IMG/VR virus record: IMGVR_UViG_3300021356_000024
Span: 1 to 52,672 of that record
Strand: one strand, 5' to 3'
Length of the DNA: 52,672 nucleotides
DNA from: a virus
Lineage: Duplodnaviria > Caudoviricetes
The translations under genes and the position numbers were made by a program. Positions 17,460 through 27,298 of the stretch are shown here, piece after piece; position 1 is the stretch's first letter, and the number at the start of each line of letters is the position of its first letter. Below the pieces are notes generated by a model. It was not told the DNA's origin and made no database searches. It worked only from the letters and a program-made list of their open reading frames with translations.

Positions 17460-17747
17460 ATGTCTGCCGAACAAGACACAAGACTGGATCGAATTGAAAA
17501 AAAGATAGATGATCTTTCTACAGCGATGATCTCGCTTGCACGAGCCGAAGAGAAGCTCATTGCAATCGAAAAACAGGCGTATGCCACCTACGAACGTATG
17601 AACAAACACTCCAACAAACTAGATGAGTTGGACGAACAGGTTCATGACAACACCCGCGTTATTGGTCTAATAGGAAAAGTATTCTGGCTGGTCGTAACAC
17701 TTGCTACTGGTGCCACTGTAGCGATGTTGACTGGCGTTTCTGGTTGA
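17460..17747 (+). CDS. coiled-coil protein with C-terminal TM helix (holin/XhlA-like candidate)
   Basis: RLDRIEKKIDDL...; hydrophobic C-terminus; TAAATA at 17433. Confidence 0.55.
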   Translation: MSAEQDTRLDRIEKKIDDLSTAMISLARAEEKLIAIEKQAYATYERMNKHSNKLDELDEQVHDNTRVIGLIGKVFWLVVTLATGATVAMLTGVSG

Positions 17748-17772
17748 CAACAACAAACTCCAACGATATAAT
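17744..17772 (+). promoter_or_regulatory. sigma70 consensus promoter for primase
   Basis: TTGACA, 17 bp spacer, TATAAT (perfect consensus). Confidence 0.85.
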
Positions 17773-17809
17773 GTGAGATGTAGTCTCAAAGAATTGGTGG
17801 AGCTTTATT

Positions 17810-18820
17810 ATGTGGTTAGACCACAAGTATATCGGATTGGTCAGCGGTCGTCTAGACCGTTTTAAGAGAGTCAATCCAAAAACATATAACTTCCGTTGCC
17901 CTATCTGTGGCGACTCTCAGAAACACAAACACAAGGCCCGAGGTTTCTTTTTCGAAAAGAACGATGGCGGCTTCCTTTATCACTGTCACAACTGCAACAT
18001 CACACTTGGTCTGGATAAATTTCTAGAACGTATCGACCATCGTATATACAAAGAGTATATACTTGAAAAGTTTGGTGACAGAAAAGGTGTGAATCACGAC
18101 AAAACCGATGTAGAACTCTTTGCAGATAAGATGAAGAAGCCGAAGTTTATCAAGTCAACGGCTCTTTCAAGCATCAAAAAGATATCTCAACTTGCATACA
18201 ATCACCCCGCGAAACTGTACGTACAGAATCGAAAGATTCCCAATCCGTATCACGCTAAACTATTCTATGCACCCAAGTTTAAAAAATGGGTGAATACAAT
18301 TATACCAGACCAATTTGAGAATATCAAGAATGATGAGCCTCGACTGATCATTCCTTTTCTTGACGAAAATAAAAATCTGTTTGGCTTTCAAGGTCGATCA
18401 TTTGATCCAAAGGCGCAACTACGTTATATAACAATCATGATCGACAAGTCAAAATCAAAAGTGTTCAATCTTGATACCTGTGATCGATCAAAGACACACT
18501 ACATATTTGAAGGACCCATTGATGCCATGTTTGTCGGAAACTCAATGGCCATGGCAGGTGGCTCAATTGACTGGGACCTTGTGAATGAGAACTCTGTGTT
18601 TGTTTATGACAACGAACCAAGATCAAAAGAGACGGTCGATAAGATACACAAAGTGGTTGATAAGATACACAAAGTGTGTATATGGCCAGATCAAATAAAA
18701 CAGAAAGATGTGAATGAGATGGTACTAAATAACATTTCCAACGTCACATCTATCTTACGTGACAACACATATCATGGACTTTCTGCCATGAACCGACTAG
18801 CGAACTGGAGTAAAATATGA
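17810..18820 (+). CDS. gp61: DNA primase (T4 gp61-like)
   Basis: NFRCPICGDS...KARG...CHNC zinc finger; FEGPIDAMF and YDNEPR TOPRIM; KDVN. Confidence 0.95.
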   Translation: MWLDHKYIGLVSGRLDRFKRVNPKTYNFRCPICGDSQKHKHKARGFFFEKNDGGFLYHCHNCNITLGLDKFLERIDHRIYKEYILEKFGDRKGVNHDKTDVELFADKMKKPKFIKSTALSSIKKISQLAYNHPAKLYVQNRKIPNPYHAKLFYAPKFKKWVNTIIPDQFENIKNDEPRLIIPFLDENKNLFGFQGRSFDPKAQLRYITIMIDKSKSKVFNLDTCDRSKTHYIFEGPIDAMFVGNSMAMAGGSIDWDLVNENSVFVYDNEPRSKETVDKIHKVVDKIHKVCIWPDQIKQKDVNEMVLNNISNVTSILRDNTYHGLSAMNRLANWSKI

Positions 18821-19029
18821 GCACATTCCTCTCCGAGTATTCTGATCCTGACACCAAACGAAAGGCGACAATTTCACGTGACAATTATCACCTTGTGGTT
18901 GATTTCAAGGAAAACGGCAAACTCATCAAAACGGAACTTGTAACGTTGCCTGTTGGACCACAAGAGTCTCAGGCCGCATCACTCAGCAAGGCTGAATTCT
19001 TGGCGGAAGATTTTGTTCTGAAAAAATGA
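18817..19029 (+). CDS. hypothetical protein
   Basis: GGAG RBS; ATGA overlap. Confidence 0.65.
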   Translation: MSTFLSEYSDPDTKRKATISRDNYHLVVDFKENGKLIKTELVTLPVGPQESQAASLSKAEFLAEDFVLKK

Positions 19030-19712
19030 TAAAATTTAAACCAGAAGGCGTGCATGGTCGTATAGGTTATCCAACGACCATGGAAGACATTCGTTGTCTC
19101 AACGCCGCAGGACATGCTAATTTTGGAACGTGGCACTATCGATCTTTTTTGAAAGACTTGGTAGAACGTTATAAAGAATTGCCGGTGCGTGAAGACGCCA
19201 GAATGTATAACATTTTCGGCACGACTCGTTACTGGACCAGTCAATCACCACGTTATAATAATTATTTTAAAAAAAGATTGCAAGGAACAATCTTTAAACA
19301 CAGTATACATTATATACTAGAATACAAACCGGGAGGATTTACATCAAGACACGTAGACCCAGAAGGTAGAATCTCAACGATCACTTTATTAAAAGATGAA
19401 AACTTAATCGGAGGAGATACAATCTGGGACCGAAGAGAGTATGTACCAGAGTCACTTATAAAAGAGAACGCTTTTAGTGAACAACAGTATATTGAGGCCG
19501 CAGAAAATGATGAAACGTTTGTACATGCGCCAAATATATTTTGTCCTGTTGTGATACCAATGGAACCAGGAGTGACATACGCATTCGGTGAAAAGACATA
19601 CCATTCTGTAAGCGAAGTAAAACAAGGTCGCAGACTAGTATTAGTTGAATGGTTGTACTATGACGCCGATAAAATCAAACTTCACCAGACGGAGAAAGCA
19701 CCGGCTGAGTGA
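19026..19712 (+). CDS. 2OG-Fe(II) oxygenase-like protein
   Basis: Y.PGGF..RHVD...GGD...YHSVSEVKQGRRLVLV (HxD...H...R). Confidence 0.75.
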   Translation: MIKFKPEGVHGRIGYPTTMEDIRCLNAAGHANFGTWHYRSFLKDLVERYKELPVREDARMYNIFGTTRYWTSQSPRYNNYFKKRLQGTIFKHSIHYILEYKPGGFTSRHVDPEGRISTITLLKDENLIGGDTIWDRREYVPESLIKENAFSEQQYIEAAENDETFVHAPNIFCPVVIPMEPGVTYAFGEKTYHSVSEVKQGRRLVLVEWLYYDADKIKLHQTEKAPAE

Positions 19713-19725
19713 ACGAGGAGTCTAT

Positions 19726-19947
19726 ATGACGGATATGCAGTACACAATCGTCACGTTCGGACTTATCTTTATATCATTTCACGTGGGGTACATCATAGGT
19801 AAGAGAACTGGATTATTAGAAGGTTTTTCCGAAGGCGCGGCCCAATCAGTAGGCAGTATGTTAGAAGCCCTTTCAACGCAATTCGGTCTAACCCTAAACG
19901 CCGACATAATTTGCAAGGAAGTCGAGGAAGAGGAAGAAAACTCTTGA
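19726..19947 (+). CDS. small membrane protein
   Basis: GAGGAG RBS; N-terminal TM helix. Confidence 0.65.
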   Translation: MTDMQYTIVTFGLIFISFHVGYIIGKRTGLLEGFSEGAAQSVGSMLEALSTQFGLTLNADIICKEVEEEEENS

Positions 19948-20008
19948 TCATCTTGTATAAGTATGTTAGACTATTCAAACAATACACAATTTAACAAATG
20001 AGTGAACA

Positions 20009-22288
20009 ATGGAAGTATATGTAATAAAAAGAAGCGGTAAAAAAGAACCCATTGATCTTGATAAGTTTCACCGTGTTGCAGGATTTGCCTGTGATAATAT
20101 TGCCGGTGTGAGTGCGTCTCAGTTAGAAATCAAGACACATCTTCAAATCTACAACAATATCAAGACCTCTGACATTCAAGAGATGCTGATTAAAGCGGCA
20201 TCCGATCTTATCACAGAAGACACGCCGAACTACCAGTACGTTGCTGGCCGTTTGATCAACTACGGTCTACGAAAGGAGGTCTACGGTCAATTTCGTCCGA
20301 AGAGTCTTGCTGATCATATTCAAGGCTGCGTAGATTCGGGATACTATGACCAGAAACTTCTGGACGACTACTCAAAGGAAGAGTTGTTCACTCTAAATTC
20401 ATATATAAACCATGACAGAGATTTAAATCTTACCTACGCTGCAATGGAACAAATGCGTGGTAAGTATCTTGTCAAGAATCGTGCAACAGGTCAGATATTC
20501 GAAACGCCTCAAATGGCCATGATGTGTATCGCTATGACACTGTTTGCCGATTACAAAGATGACAGACTGAAGTGGGTCAAAGACCTCTACGATGCGATCA
20601 GTACTTTTGATATTAGTCTGCCTACACCAATTATGGCGGGAGTACGAACGCCTCAACGTCAATTTTCGTCTTGCGTACTGATTGAGACGGATGACTCACT
20701 GGATTCTATCAATGCTACAGCTTCCTCTATTGTCAAGTATGTTTCGCAGAAGGCGGGAATTGGTGTTGGCGCCGGTCGCATTCGTGCTCTGGGTTCTCCT
20801 GTTCGTAATGGGGATACTAGTCACACTGGCGTTATACCTTTCTTTAAGTACTTTCAGTCTGCTGTCAAAAGTTGTTCACAAGGTGGTGTCCGTGGCGGCG
20901 CGGCTACCATCTATTACCCCCTATTTCACTACGAGGTAGAAGACCTTTTAGTACTGAAGAACAACAAAGGCACCGAAGAGAATCGTGTGCGACACATGGA
21001 CTATGGTGTGCAGTTTAACAAGGTGATGTATGAACGATTACTGGAAGGAAAGAACATTACTCTGTTTAGTCCTGATGATGTGCCTGACCTTTATGACGCA
21101 TTCTTTGAGAACACGGACAAATTTAGAGAACTCTACGAACAATATGAACGTAAGACCTCTATACGCAAGAAAAGTATACCGGCAGCAGACCTATTCTCTG
21201 CATTTGTCCAAGAACGAAAGGACACTGGACGTGTTTATCTGATGAATGTTGACAATGCGAACGACCACGGTTCTTTCAAAACGGACCTTGCACCGATTCG
21301 ACAGTCAAACCTTTGTTGTGAAATCAATCTACCAACAAAACCCTTGAATCACATCGATGATGAAGAAGGTGAAATCAGTCTGTGTACTTTGGCCGCGATT
21401 AACTGGGGCAAGATTCGAACACCGCATGACTTTGAAAAACCTTGTACACTCGCAGTGCGAGCGCTAGATGCACTTTTAGACCTGCAAGATTATCCCGTCA
21501 AGGCAGCTCATATCAGTACAATGAATCGACGACCTCTCGGTGTTGGCATTATCAATTTCGCACACTGGTTGGCCAAGAATGATACGGACTACCAAGAACC
21601 GAATCTTGATTTGATTCATGAGTTTGCAGAAGCATGGTCGTACTACCTGATTAACGCATCGGCCGATCTTGCAATCGAAAAAGGTGCATGTCTAAAGTCA
21701 AACGAAACTAAGTACCATGACGGCATCATGCCAATCGATACGTATAAAAAAGATGTTGACGCACTGGTAGGACCCACGTATCATATGCCTTGGAAGATGT
21801 TGCAAAACAAGTGTAAGAATAACGGTATCAGAAATTCAACATTGATGGCATTAATGCCGGCCGAGACCTCTGCACAGATAAGTAACAGTACAAACGGCAT
21901 CGAACCACCTCGTTCACTTGTCTCTGTGAAACAATCGAAAGACGGTGTACTGAAGCAGGTTGTTCCAGAGTTTCGTCGTTTGAAGAATAAATACGATCTC
22001 TTGTGGGATCAGAAGTCGCCTGAAGGTTATCTCAAGATCATGGCGGTACTACAGAAGTTTATCGACCAAGGTATTTCTGTAAACACAAGTTACAATCCAT
22101 TACACTATGATGAGGAAAAGATTCCTCTGAGTGAAATGTTGAAACATATATTAATGTTTTACAAGTATGGCGGCAAACAACTTTATTACAATAACACCTA
22201 CGATGGTGCAGGCGAGATGGAAGACAGAGAAGAACCTACTGCCTTGGCCGAACCAGAGGACGAAGATTGCGATTCTTGTAAAATCTGA
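20009..22288 (+). CDS. nrdA: ribonucleotide reductase class Ia alpha subunit
   Basis: ATP cone (VIKRSG), PTPIMAG, FSSCVL, SQGGVRGG, QSNLCCEI, KQLYY, C-terminal CDSC. Confidence 0.98.
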   Translation: MEVYVIKRSGKKEPIDLDKFHRVAGFACDNIAGVSASQLEIKTHLQIYNNIKTSDIQEMLIKAASDLITEDTPNYQYVAGRLINYGLRKEVYGQFRPKSLADHIQGCVDSGYYDQKLLDDYSKEELFTLNSYINHDRDLNLTYAAMEQMRGKYLVKNRATGQIFETPQMAMMCIAMTLFADYKDDRLKWVKDLYDAISTFDISLPTPIMAGVRTPQRQFSSCVLIETDDSLDSINATASSIVKYVSQKAGIGVGAGRIRALGSPVRNGDTSHTGVIPFFKYFQSAVKSCSQGGVRGGAATIYYPLFHYEVEDLLVLKNNKGTEENRVRHMDYGVQFNKVMYERLLEGKNITLFSPDDVPDLYDAFFENTDKFRELYEQYERKTSIRKKSIPAADLFSAFVQERKDTGRVYLMNVDNANDHGSFKTDLAPIRQSNLCCEINLPTKPLNHIDDEEGEISLCTLAAINWGKIRTPHDFEKPCTLAVRALDALLDLQDYPVKAAHISTMNRRPLGVGIINFAHWLAKNDTDYQEPNLDLIHEFAEAWSYYLINASADLAIEKGACLKSNETKYHDGIMPIDTYKKDVDALVGPTYHMPWKMLQNKCKNNGIRNSTLMALMPAETSAQISNSTNGIEPPRSLVSVKQSKDGVLKQVVPEFRRLKNKYDLLWDQKSPEGYLKIMAVLQKFIDQGISVNTSYNPLHYDEEKIPLSEMLKHILMFYKYGGKQLYYNNTYDGAGEMEDREEPTALAEPEDEDCDSCKI

Positions 22289-23046
22289 TGGCATTTTTAG
22301 TACATAATCTACCACCGATTCCAGTACTTGTCAGAAAAGAATATCTCTATGATCTAGAAAAGGGTCACGGCGAGTATACGCCTGGTATTTGGGTATCGGT
22401 CAAGTCTGTACAAGGCAAGGCACTCTATTTTGAGACCTTGCTGACAGACTATGGTGCATTGTACGACAAACTGCCGTTGTCTGCATTTGTTTGGAAGGAA
22501 GATCACGGTGATCTGCCACTAGATACATTGCAATTATGGGATTGTTTCGATTATCATATCACTGTGATAGAAAAACCCATACTGTCAAGATGTGAGTATT
22601 TCGGTAAAGACAAACAGATGCACGCTGGTGAGTATATGTTTACAATAGACAATGCTCATCCAGACAACAATGTTCTTGATCAAAATTTCAGTGAACATGA
22701 TCCAGAACACAAGTCGTTTAATATTATAAAACTAGATAATGGTCAATTCGCGGCACAACCAAATAATCGTGTTCGTTGGTTTGACTCTAGTTTAACATTA
22801 GATAAACCCTTGATACCAGATTTTAAGGTCTGTACTCAAAACTACTGTGTTGAGACTGAACCTAAATGGAGTGTTGGCCACACCGATGAGTGGCAATATA
22901 AAACTAGAGATGAAGAAAACTTAACCTTAGAGAATGAAAAAGATGAACAACGACAATACAAACAATCTGCCGCTGCCAGAGAACACCACAGACGAGCAAA
23001 GTCTCTTCGCGCCAGACGAAATAAAAAACAGCAAGAGAATATTTAA
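22288..23046 (+). CDS. conserved hypothetical protein
   Basis: MAFLVHNLPP...GALYDKLPLSAF...LQLWDCF...NGQFAAQPNNR. Confidence 0.8.
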   Translation: MAFLVHNLPPIPVLVRKEYLYDLEKGHGEYTPGIWVSVKSVQGKALYFETLLTDYGALYDKLPLSAFVWKEDHGDLPLDTLQLWDCFDYHITVIEKPILSRCEYFGKDKQMHAGEYMFTIDNAHPDNNVLDQNFSEHDPEHKSFNIIKLDNGQFAAQPNNRVRWFDSSLTLDKPLIPDFKVCTQNYCVETEPKWSVGHTDEWQYKTRDEENLTLENEKDEQRQYKQSAAAREHHRRAKSLRARRNKKQQENI

Positions 23047-23302
23047 ATCTGCTACGCCTAAGGGTACCATTGATTGGTACGTGAAATGGGCGAGTAGCAT
23101 TATCATTCTCTGCGCTATTACAGTCCGCGCTTCTGGTGTACAAGAATTGATGTGGCTTGATATGTTGTTATCTTGGATCGGTGCGTGTGGTTGGTTTGTC
23201 GTATCTTGGTTGTGGAAAGATAGAGCACTGATTCTTTTAAACGGCGTCATTGGTGTTATGTTATTTGGGGGATTGATTAACTGGTTCTTTGGTCCGGCAT
23301 GA
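22934..23302 (+). CDS. small membrane protein (DUF6552-like)
   Basis: DWYVKWASS...W.DRALILLN; three hydrophobic segments. Confidence 0.7.
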   Translation: MKKMNNDNTNNLPLPENTTDEQSLFAPDEIKNSKRIFKSATPKGTIDWYVKWASSIIILCAITVRASGVQELMWLDMLLSWIGACGWFVVSWLWKDRALILLNGVIGVMLFGGLINWFFGPA

Positions 23303-23700
23303 GATTTTTTCAAGGGTTTATTGTAGGCTCTATATTCTTTGCGGCGATGTCGCAGGCCTATAACTGGATGCCCACAAAACCAAAAGCGAAAGGTTATGCC
23401 GCTGATGGTTATTATTTTGAAGAAAAAGAATATGTCAAGGACACTATGACCGTTCAGATGGTCATTGCAGAAAATCGAGCTGAATGGACTCGGTTCGTAA
23501 GAGCCAAAGTTGGTGATGAAGCAGAACCTAGATTACTAGGTGCATTCGCAGCCTTGCAGCAAGATGAAAATAGTTGTACAATATATGCAAGGGACCCAGA
23601 ATGGTTGTATGAACCTGAGTTTATCGGCCATGAACTATTACACTGTTTCTATGGTGACTTCCATAAGAAACAAACAAAGCAAAGGAGCTTTTTGCAGTGA
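23299..23700 (+). CDS. exported or anchored HExxH metallopeptidase-like protein
   Basis: N-terminal hydrophobic segment; IGHELLHCFYGDFH. Confidence 0.65.
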   Translation: MRFFQGFIVGSIFFAAMSQAYNWMPTKPKAKGYAADGYYFEEKEYVKDTMTVQMVIAENRAEWTRFVRAKVGDEAEPRLLGAFAALQQDENSCTIYARDPEWLYEPEFIGHELLHCFYGDFHKKQTKQRSFLQ

Positions 23701-24755
23701 CCGTTTTTAACACAAAGAAAATAGACGCAACGAGTCAACCCGCATTTTTTGGTGACTCGGTGAATATTGCTCGTTATGATAAGCAACGTTATGCAATTTT
23801 TGAAAAACTTACTGACAAACAGTTGGGGTTTTTCTGGCGACCTGAAGAGGTTGATATCAGTCGAGACAGTAAAGACTTTAAATCGCTGACAGACCACGAA
23901 CAACACATCTTTACAAGCAACCTCAAGCGACAGATTCTACTTGACTCTGTACAAGGTCGTGCGCCTGTCGAGGCTTTCTTGCCAATCTGTTCTCTGCCAG
24001 AACTTGAGAACTGGATTCTCACATGGTCTTTTTCAGAGACAATTCACAGTCGAAGTTACACACACATCATTCGTAACATCTATAATGATCCTTCAACAGT
24101 GTTTGATGAGTTGTTGGACATTCAAGAGATTGTTGACTGCGCTGGATCGATTTCGAAGTATTACGATGAGTTAATTTCTTTCAAAGGAAATGAATACGAT
24201 CACAAGAAAGCTTTGTGGATGTGTTTGAATGCCGTCAACGCACTTGAAGGTATTCGTTTCTATGTTTCTTTCGCATGTAGTTGGGCATTCGCCGAACTGA
24301 AAAAGATGGAAGGCAATGCGAAGATTATCAAGTTGATTGCACGTGATGAAAACATTCACATGGCATCAACGCAACAGATGATCAAGTTGTTAAAGAAAGA
24401 AGATTCAGATTACGCAAAGATCGCTGAAGAGACTCAAGATCAGGTCAAACAAATCTTTGCAGAGGTGATTCAACAGGAAAAAGATTGGGCCAAGTATCTG
24501 TTCAAAGAGGGTACAATGATCGGTCTCAACGAAGAATTATTAAACGAGTACGTTGACTGGCTGGGCAACAAACGCATGTATGCAATTGGACTGTCCAACG
24601 AACGAGGCGGATCTGATCCTCTGCCTTGGACTCAGAAGTGGATTTCTGGTTCTGAAGTACAAGTTGCCCCACAAGAGACGGAAATAACCTCATATATAAT
24701 CGGTGGTATCAAAAAGGATATTGACGAAGACACCTTCAAAGGTTTCTCTTTATGA
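23697..24755 (+). CDS. nrdB: ribonucleotide reductase class Ia beta subunit
   Basis: FFWRPEE, LLDSVQG, ETIHSRSY, LEGIRFYVSFAC, IARDENIH, VAPQETE. Confidence 0.98.
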   Translation: MTVFNTKKIDATSQPAFFGDSVNIARYDKQRYAIFEKLTDKQLGFFWRPEEVDISRDSKDFKSLTDHEQHIFTSNLKRQILLDSVQGRAPVEAFLPICSLPELENWILTWSFSETIHSRSYTHIIRNIYNDPSTVFDELLDIQEIVDCAGSISKYYDELISFKGNEYDHKKALWMCLNAVNALEGIRFYVSFACSWAFAELKKMEGNAKIIKLIARDENIHMASTQQMIKLLKKEDSDYAKIAEETQDQVKQIFAEVIQQEKDWAKYLFKEGTMIGLNEELLNEYVDWLGNKRMYAIGLSNERGGSDPLPWTQKWISGSEVQVAPQETEITSYIIGGIKKDIDEDTFKGFSL

Positions 24756-24949
24756 AAGAGGTCGTCTTTACTCATTTGACAACCGGAGAAACAGTAGTCA
24801 AGAGGATTAAAATGCTTGGCTCGAACTACAACAATCCACAAAGCAACAAAATGGTTGTGTGGAGTTATACCGATGACTGTTATATGGACATAGAGAAGTC
24901 ATCGATTATCGAAGTAAAGGATTTAAATGATGAGGAAGAAAACAATTAA
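24752..24949 (+). CDS. hypothetical protein
   Basis: ATGA overlap. Confidence 0.6.
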   Translation: MKEVVFTHLTTGETVVKRIKMLGSNYNNPQSNKMVVWSYTDDCYMDIEKSSIIEVKDLNDEEENN

Positions 24950-25100
24950 TTGTCTTTCATGCGAAGTAAAGACAGACGTTATCATTAGACAGTCAAACTA
25001 CGAAGACGATGATATCGAAGTTGAATTCTGCCCCATTTGCAGTGCATCAATTGAAGATGTTGACTACACAATCGACGATGATGAATCGGAAGAATGGTAG
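24927..25100 (+). CDS. small zinc-ribbon protein, 57 aa (not in ORF track)
   Basis: CLSC...FCPIC and an acidic tail. Confidence 0.7.
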   Translation: MMRKKTINCLSCEVKTDVIIRQSNYEDDDIEVEFCPICSASIEDVDYTIDDDESEEW

Positions 25101-25507
25101 GTGAATGGTTATATAATGGACAGCCACTGCAAACAGAGGACGTTGAAGACTATGTTGGCATGGTTTATTTGATCGTAAATAAAAACACTGGCAAGAGTTA
25201 TATTGGCAAAAAGTTTTTCTGGGCAACCAAAAAGTTGCCGCCTCTCAAGGGTATGAAAAGAAAACGAACAAAGAGAGTAGAGTCGGACTGGAAGAAATAT
25301 TACGGTTCGAACACACAGTTGACGAAAGACCTTGAAGAAAAAGGTTTTGACAATGTAGAACGTTATGTGTTAAGATTATGTAAGACAAAAACAGAATGCG
25401 CCTATTATGAATTGGAAGAACAAGTGCTTCGCAATGTACTCTTCACCGAAGAATACTACAATGAATTCATAGGCGTTAAAATAAACGGTAGAAATTTAAG
25501 GGAGTAG
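25094..25507 (+). CDS. GIY-YIG-like endonuclease
   Basis: GMVYLIVN...KSYIGKK...ESDWKKYYGS...YYN. Confidence 0.8.
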   Translation: MVGEWLYNGQPLQTEDVEDYVGMVYLIVNKNTGKSYIGKKFFWATKKLPPLKGMKRKRTKRVESDWKKYYGSNTQLTKDLEEKGFDNVERYVLRLCKTKTECAYYELEEQVLRNVLFTEEYYNEFIGVKINGRNLRE

Positions 25508-25511
25508 TGTT

Positions 25512-25643
25512 ATGTTAGACGCACTTTTTTGGATCGCAGTTGGAGCATTCATTGGCTGGAATATGCCGCAACCTGCATGGGCAAAGTTTGTAACCGACAA
25601 GATTGTTGGTTTTGTTAAAGGAATTCCCGCTGACAAGGAATAA
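25512..25643 (+). CDS. small membrane protein, 43 aa (not in ORF track)
   Basis: GGGAG RBS; MLDALFWIAVGAFIGWNMPQPAWAK. Confidence 0.7.
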   Translation: MLDALFWIAVGAFIGWNMPQPAWAKFVTDKIVGFVKGIPADKE

Positions 25644-25649
25644 TATATA

Positions 25650-25901
25650 ATGAGTAGTGATAAAGAATTTGTTATTTACTCTTTGCCGTCTTGCATGTAT
25701 TGTGATTCGGCAAAGACACTTCTATCATCGAAAGGCCGAACGTATGAAGAGTATATGATCGGCTCAGATATCTCACGTGATGATTTTGTTGAACAGTTTC
25801 CAGATGTAAGGTCTGCGCCTCTGATTTACAAAGACTATGAACGTGTTGGTGGTTATGATGATTTGGTTAAATTGATGGCGACAGAGGCAGAGAATGGCTG
25901 A
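25650..25901 (+). CDS. glutaredoxin
   Basis: CMYC, SAPLI, VGGYDDL. Confidence 0.9.
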   Translation: MSSDKEFVIYSLPSCMYCDSAKTLLSSKGRTYEEYMIGSDISRDDFVEQFPDVRSAPLIYKDYERVGGYDDLVKLMATEAENG

Positions 25902-26916
25902 GATTATTAACGGTGAATTTAAATTCATCGAAGAAAACAAAAATTCATTTGGTGGTACAGAAAGGTTAACACAGAAACTTGTTGAGATTATTCCACAGGA
26001 AATTCTTAAAGAGTTTCAGATTATCTCTTCACGTGTGCGTAACGAACTAGACGAATCAAAGATTCGAATCTTTTGGGCACATGATCTACCCACCGACACA
26101 TCATCCGCATTTCTAAGTGATAAGGCAACACACGAATCTTTTCATAAGTTTGTGTTTGTGTCTAACTGGCAAATGCAGGCCTACATGAACACCTTCAACC
26201 TGCCTTGGTCGAAGTGTTGTGTCATGAAGAACGCAATCGATCCGTTTACAGAAGAATGTGTAAAACCTGATCCGAAAGAAGAGTTGCGTCTGATCTACAC
26301 CTCGACACCACAACGCGGACTGCACATTCTTGTGCCTGCTGTTGCACATCTCGCCAAACAGTATCCTCATATTCACTTGGATGTTTTTTCTTCATTCAAA
26401 ATTTATGGTCGTGATGATGACGATGCGGCATATACAGAACTGTATCAACAGATTGAAGAACATCCTAACATGACGTATCATGGTTTTCAACCGAACGATG
26501 TTGTACGTGAACACGTTGCAAAGGCACACATGTTTGTATATCCGTCGATTTGGGCAGAAACCTCATGTATGTCATTGATGGAGGCCATGGCCGCTGGTTG
26601 TATTTGTGTACACAGTAATTATGGTGCCTTGTTTGAAACAGCTGCCAATTGGACGCAAATGTATCAGACAAATGAGAATGTTAATCAGCATGCCGGTACA
26701 CTGGTCAAGTTGTGTGAGACCATGATTGAGAATATTAATGATGAAGGTATTCAGAGTCGGTTGCCTGCTCAGTCAAACTATGCGAACATCTTCTATGGTT
26801 GGCCTGCACGTAGATACGAGTGGGAAGGATTGTTGCGAAACCTCATCAATGCTTATCCGCCAGAAGAACGATCAATTCCTGTTTTCGAAGAGATGTTTGA
26901 GATCAATACAGGATGA
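25894..26916 (+). CDS. glycosyltransferase (GT-B, GT4-like)
   Basis: GGTE, WAHD, VSNWQ, YTSTPQRGL, YPSIWAETSCMSLMEAMAAG. Confidence 0.88.
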   Translation: MAEIINGEFKFIEENKNSFGGTERLTQKLVEIIPQEILKEFQIISSRVRNELDESKIRIFWAHDLPTDTSSAFLSDKATHESFHKFVFVSNWQMQAYMNTFNLPWSKCCVMKNAIDPFTEECVKPDPKEELRLIYTSTPQRGLHILVPAVAHLAKQYPHIHLDVFSSFKIYGRDDDDAAYTELYQQIEEHPNMTYHGFQPNDVVREHVAKAHMFVYPSIWAETSCMSLMEAMAAGCICVHSNYGALFETAANWTQMYQTNENVNQHAGTLVKLCETMIENINDEGIQSRLPAQSNYANIFYGWPARRYEWEGLLRNLINAYPPEERSIPVFEEMFEINTG

Positions 26917-27239
26917 CAAACGTAATACCTTTTCCGCTAGACAGACGGCAGAAAGAACAAGAAGACCGTGAGTGGGATGAAATTGTTGAACAGGTGCGTA
27001 TAATCGATGAACGCACCGAGATGGTTGTAACAGAACTCATGGAAGAGTTGTTAGTCGATGAACCAGACATCGTAGAGGATAAATACCTGTATGATGTATC
27101 TTTTGTTTATGAGTGTGTTCGATCACTGTTGTTGAAACAGAGAGAACTTCACCACCCTATACAGGCTCTCGCATCTAACATTTACGAGGCCGACAACCAG
27201 TCTATTGAGAATCCGTTTCAATACGAGTTTGATTTTTAG
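26913..27239 (+). CDS. hypothetical protein
   Basis: MTNVIPFP...HHPIQ; conserved position upstream of rnh in T4-like phages. Confidence 0.7.
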   Translation: MTNVIPFPLDRRQKEQEDREWDEIVEQVRIIDERTEMVVTELMEELLVDEPDIVEDKYLYDVSFVYECVRSLLLKQRELHHPIQALASNIYEADNQSIENPFQYEFDF

Positions 27240-27242
27240 TGG

Positions 27243-27271
27243 TTGACATCATTAGGTAATTATACTATCAT
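27243..27271 (+). promoter_or_regulatory. sigma70-type promoter
   Basis: TTGACA, 17 bp spacer, TATCAT. Confidence 0.7.
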
Positions 27272-27298
27272 GGTAGTCCATGGTATAGGTATAAGAGA

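Noticed and set aside
20009-24755. Intron or intein in nrdA/nrdB
   Set aside because: Both ORFs are continuous and of normal length
25094-25507. Mobile homing endonuclease
   Set aside because: Short catalytic-only GIY-YIG with no DNA-binding tail or intron context; more likely a resident gene
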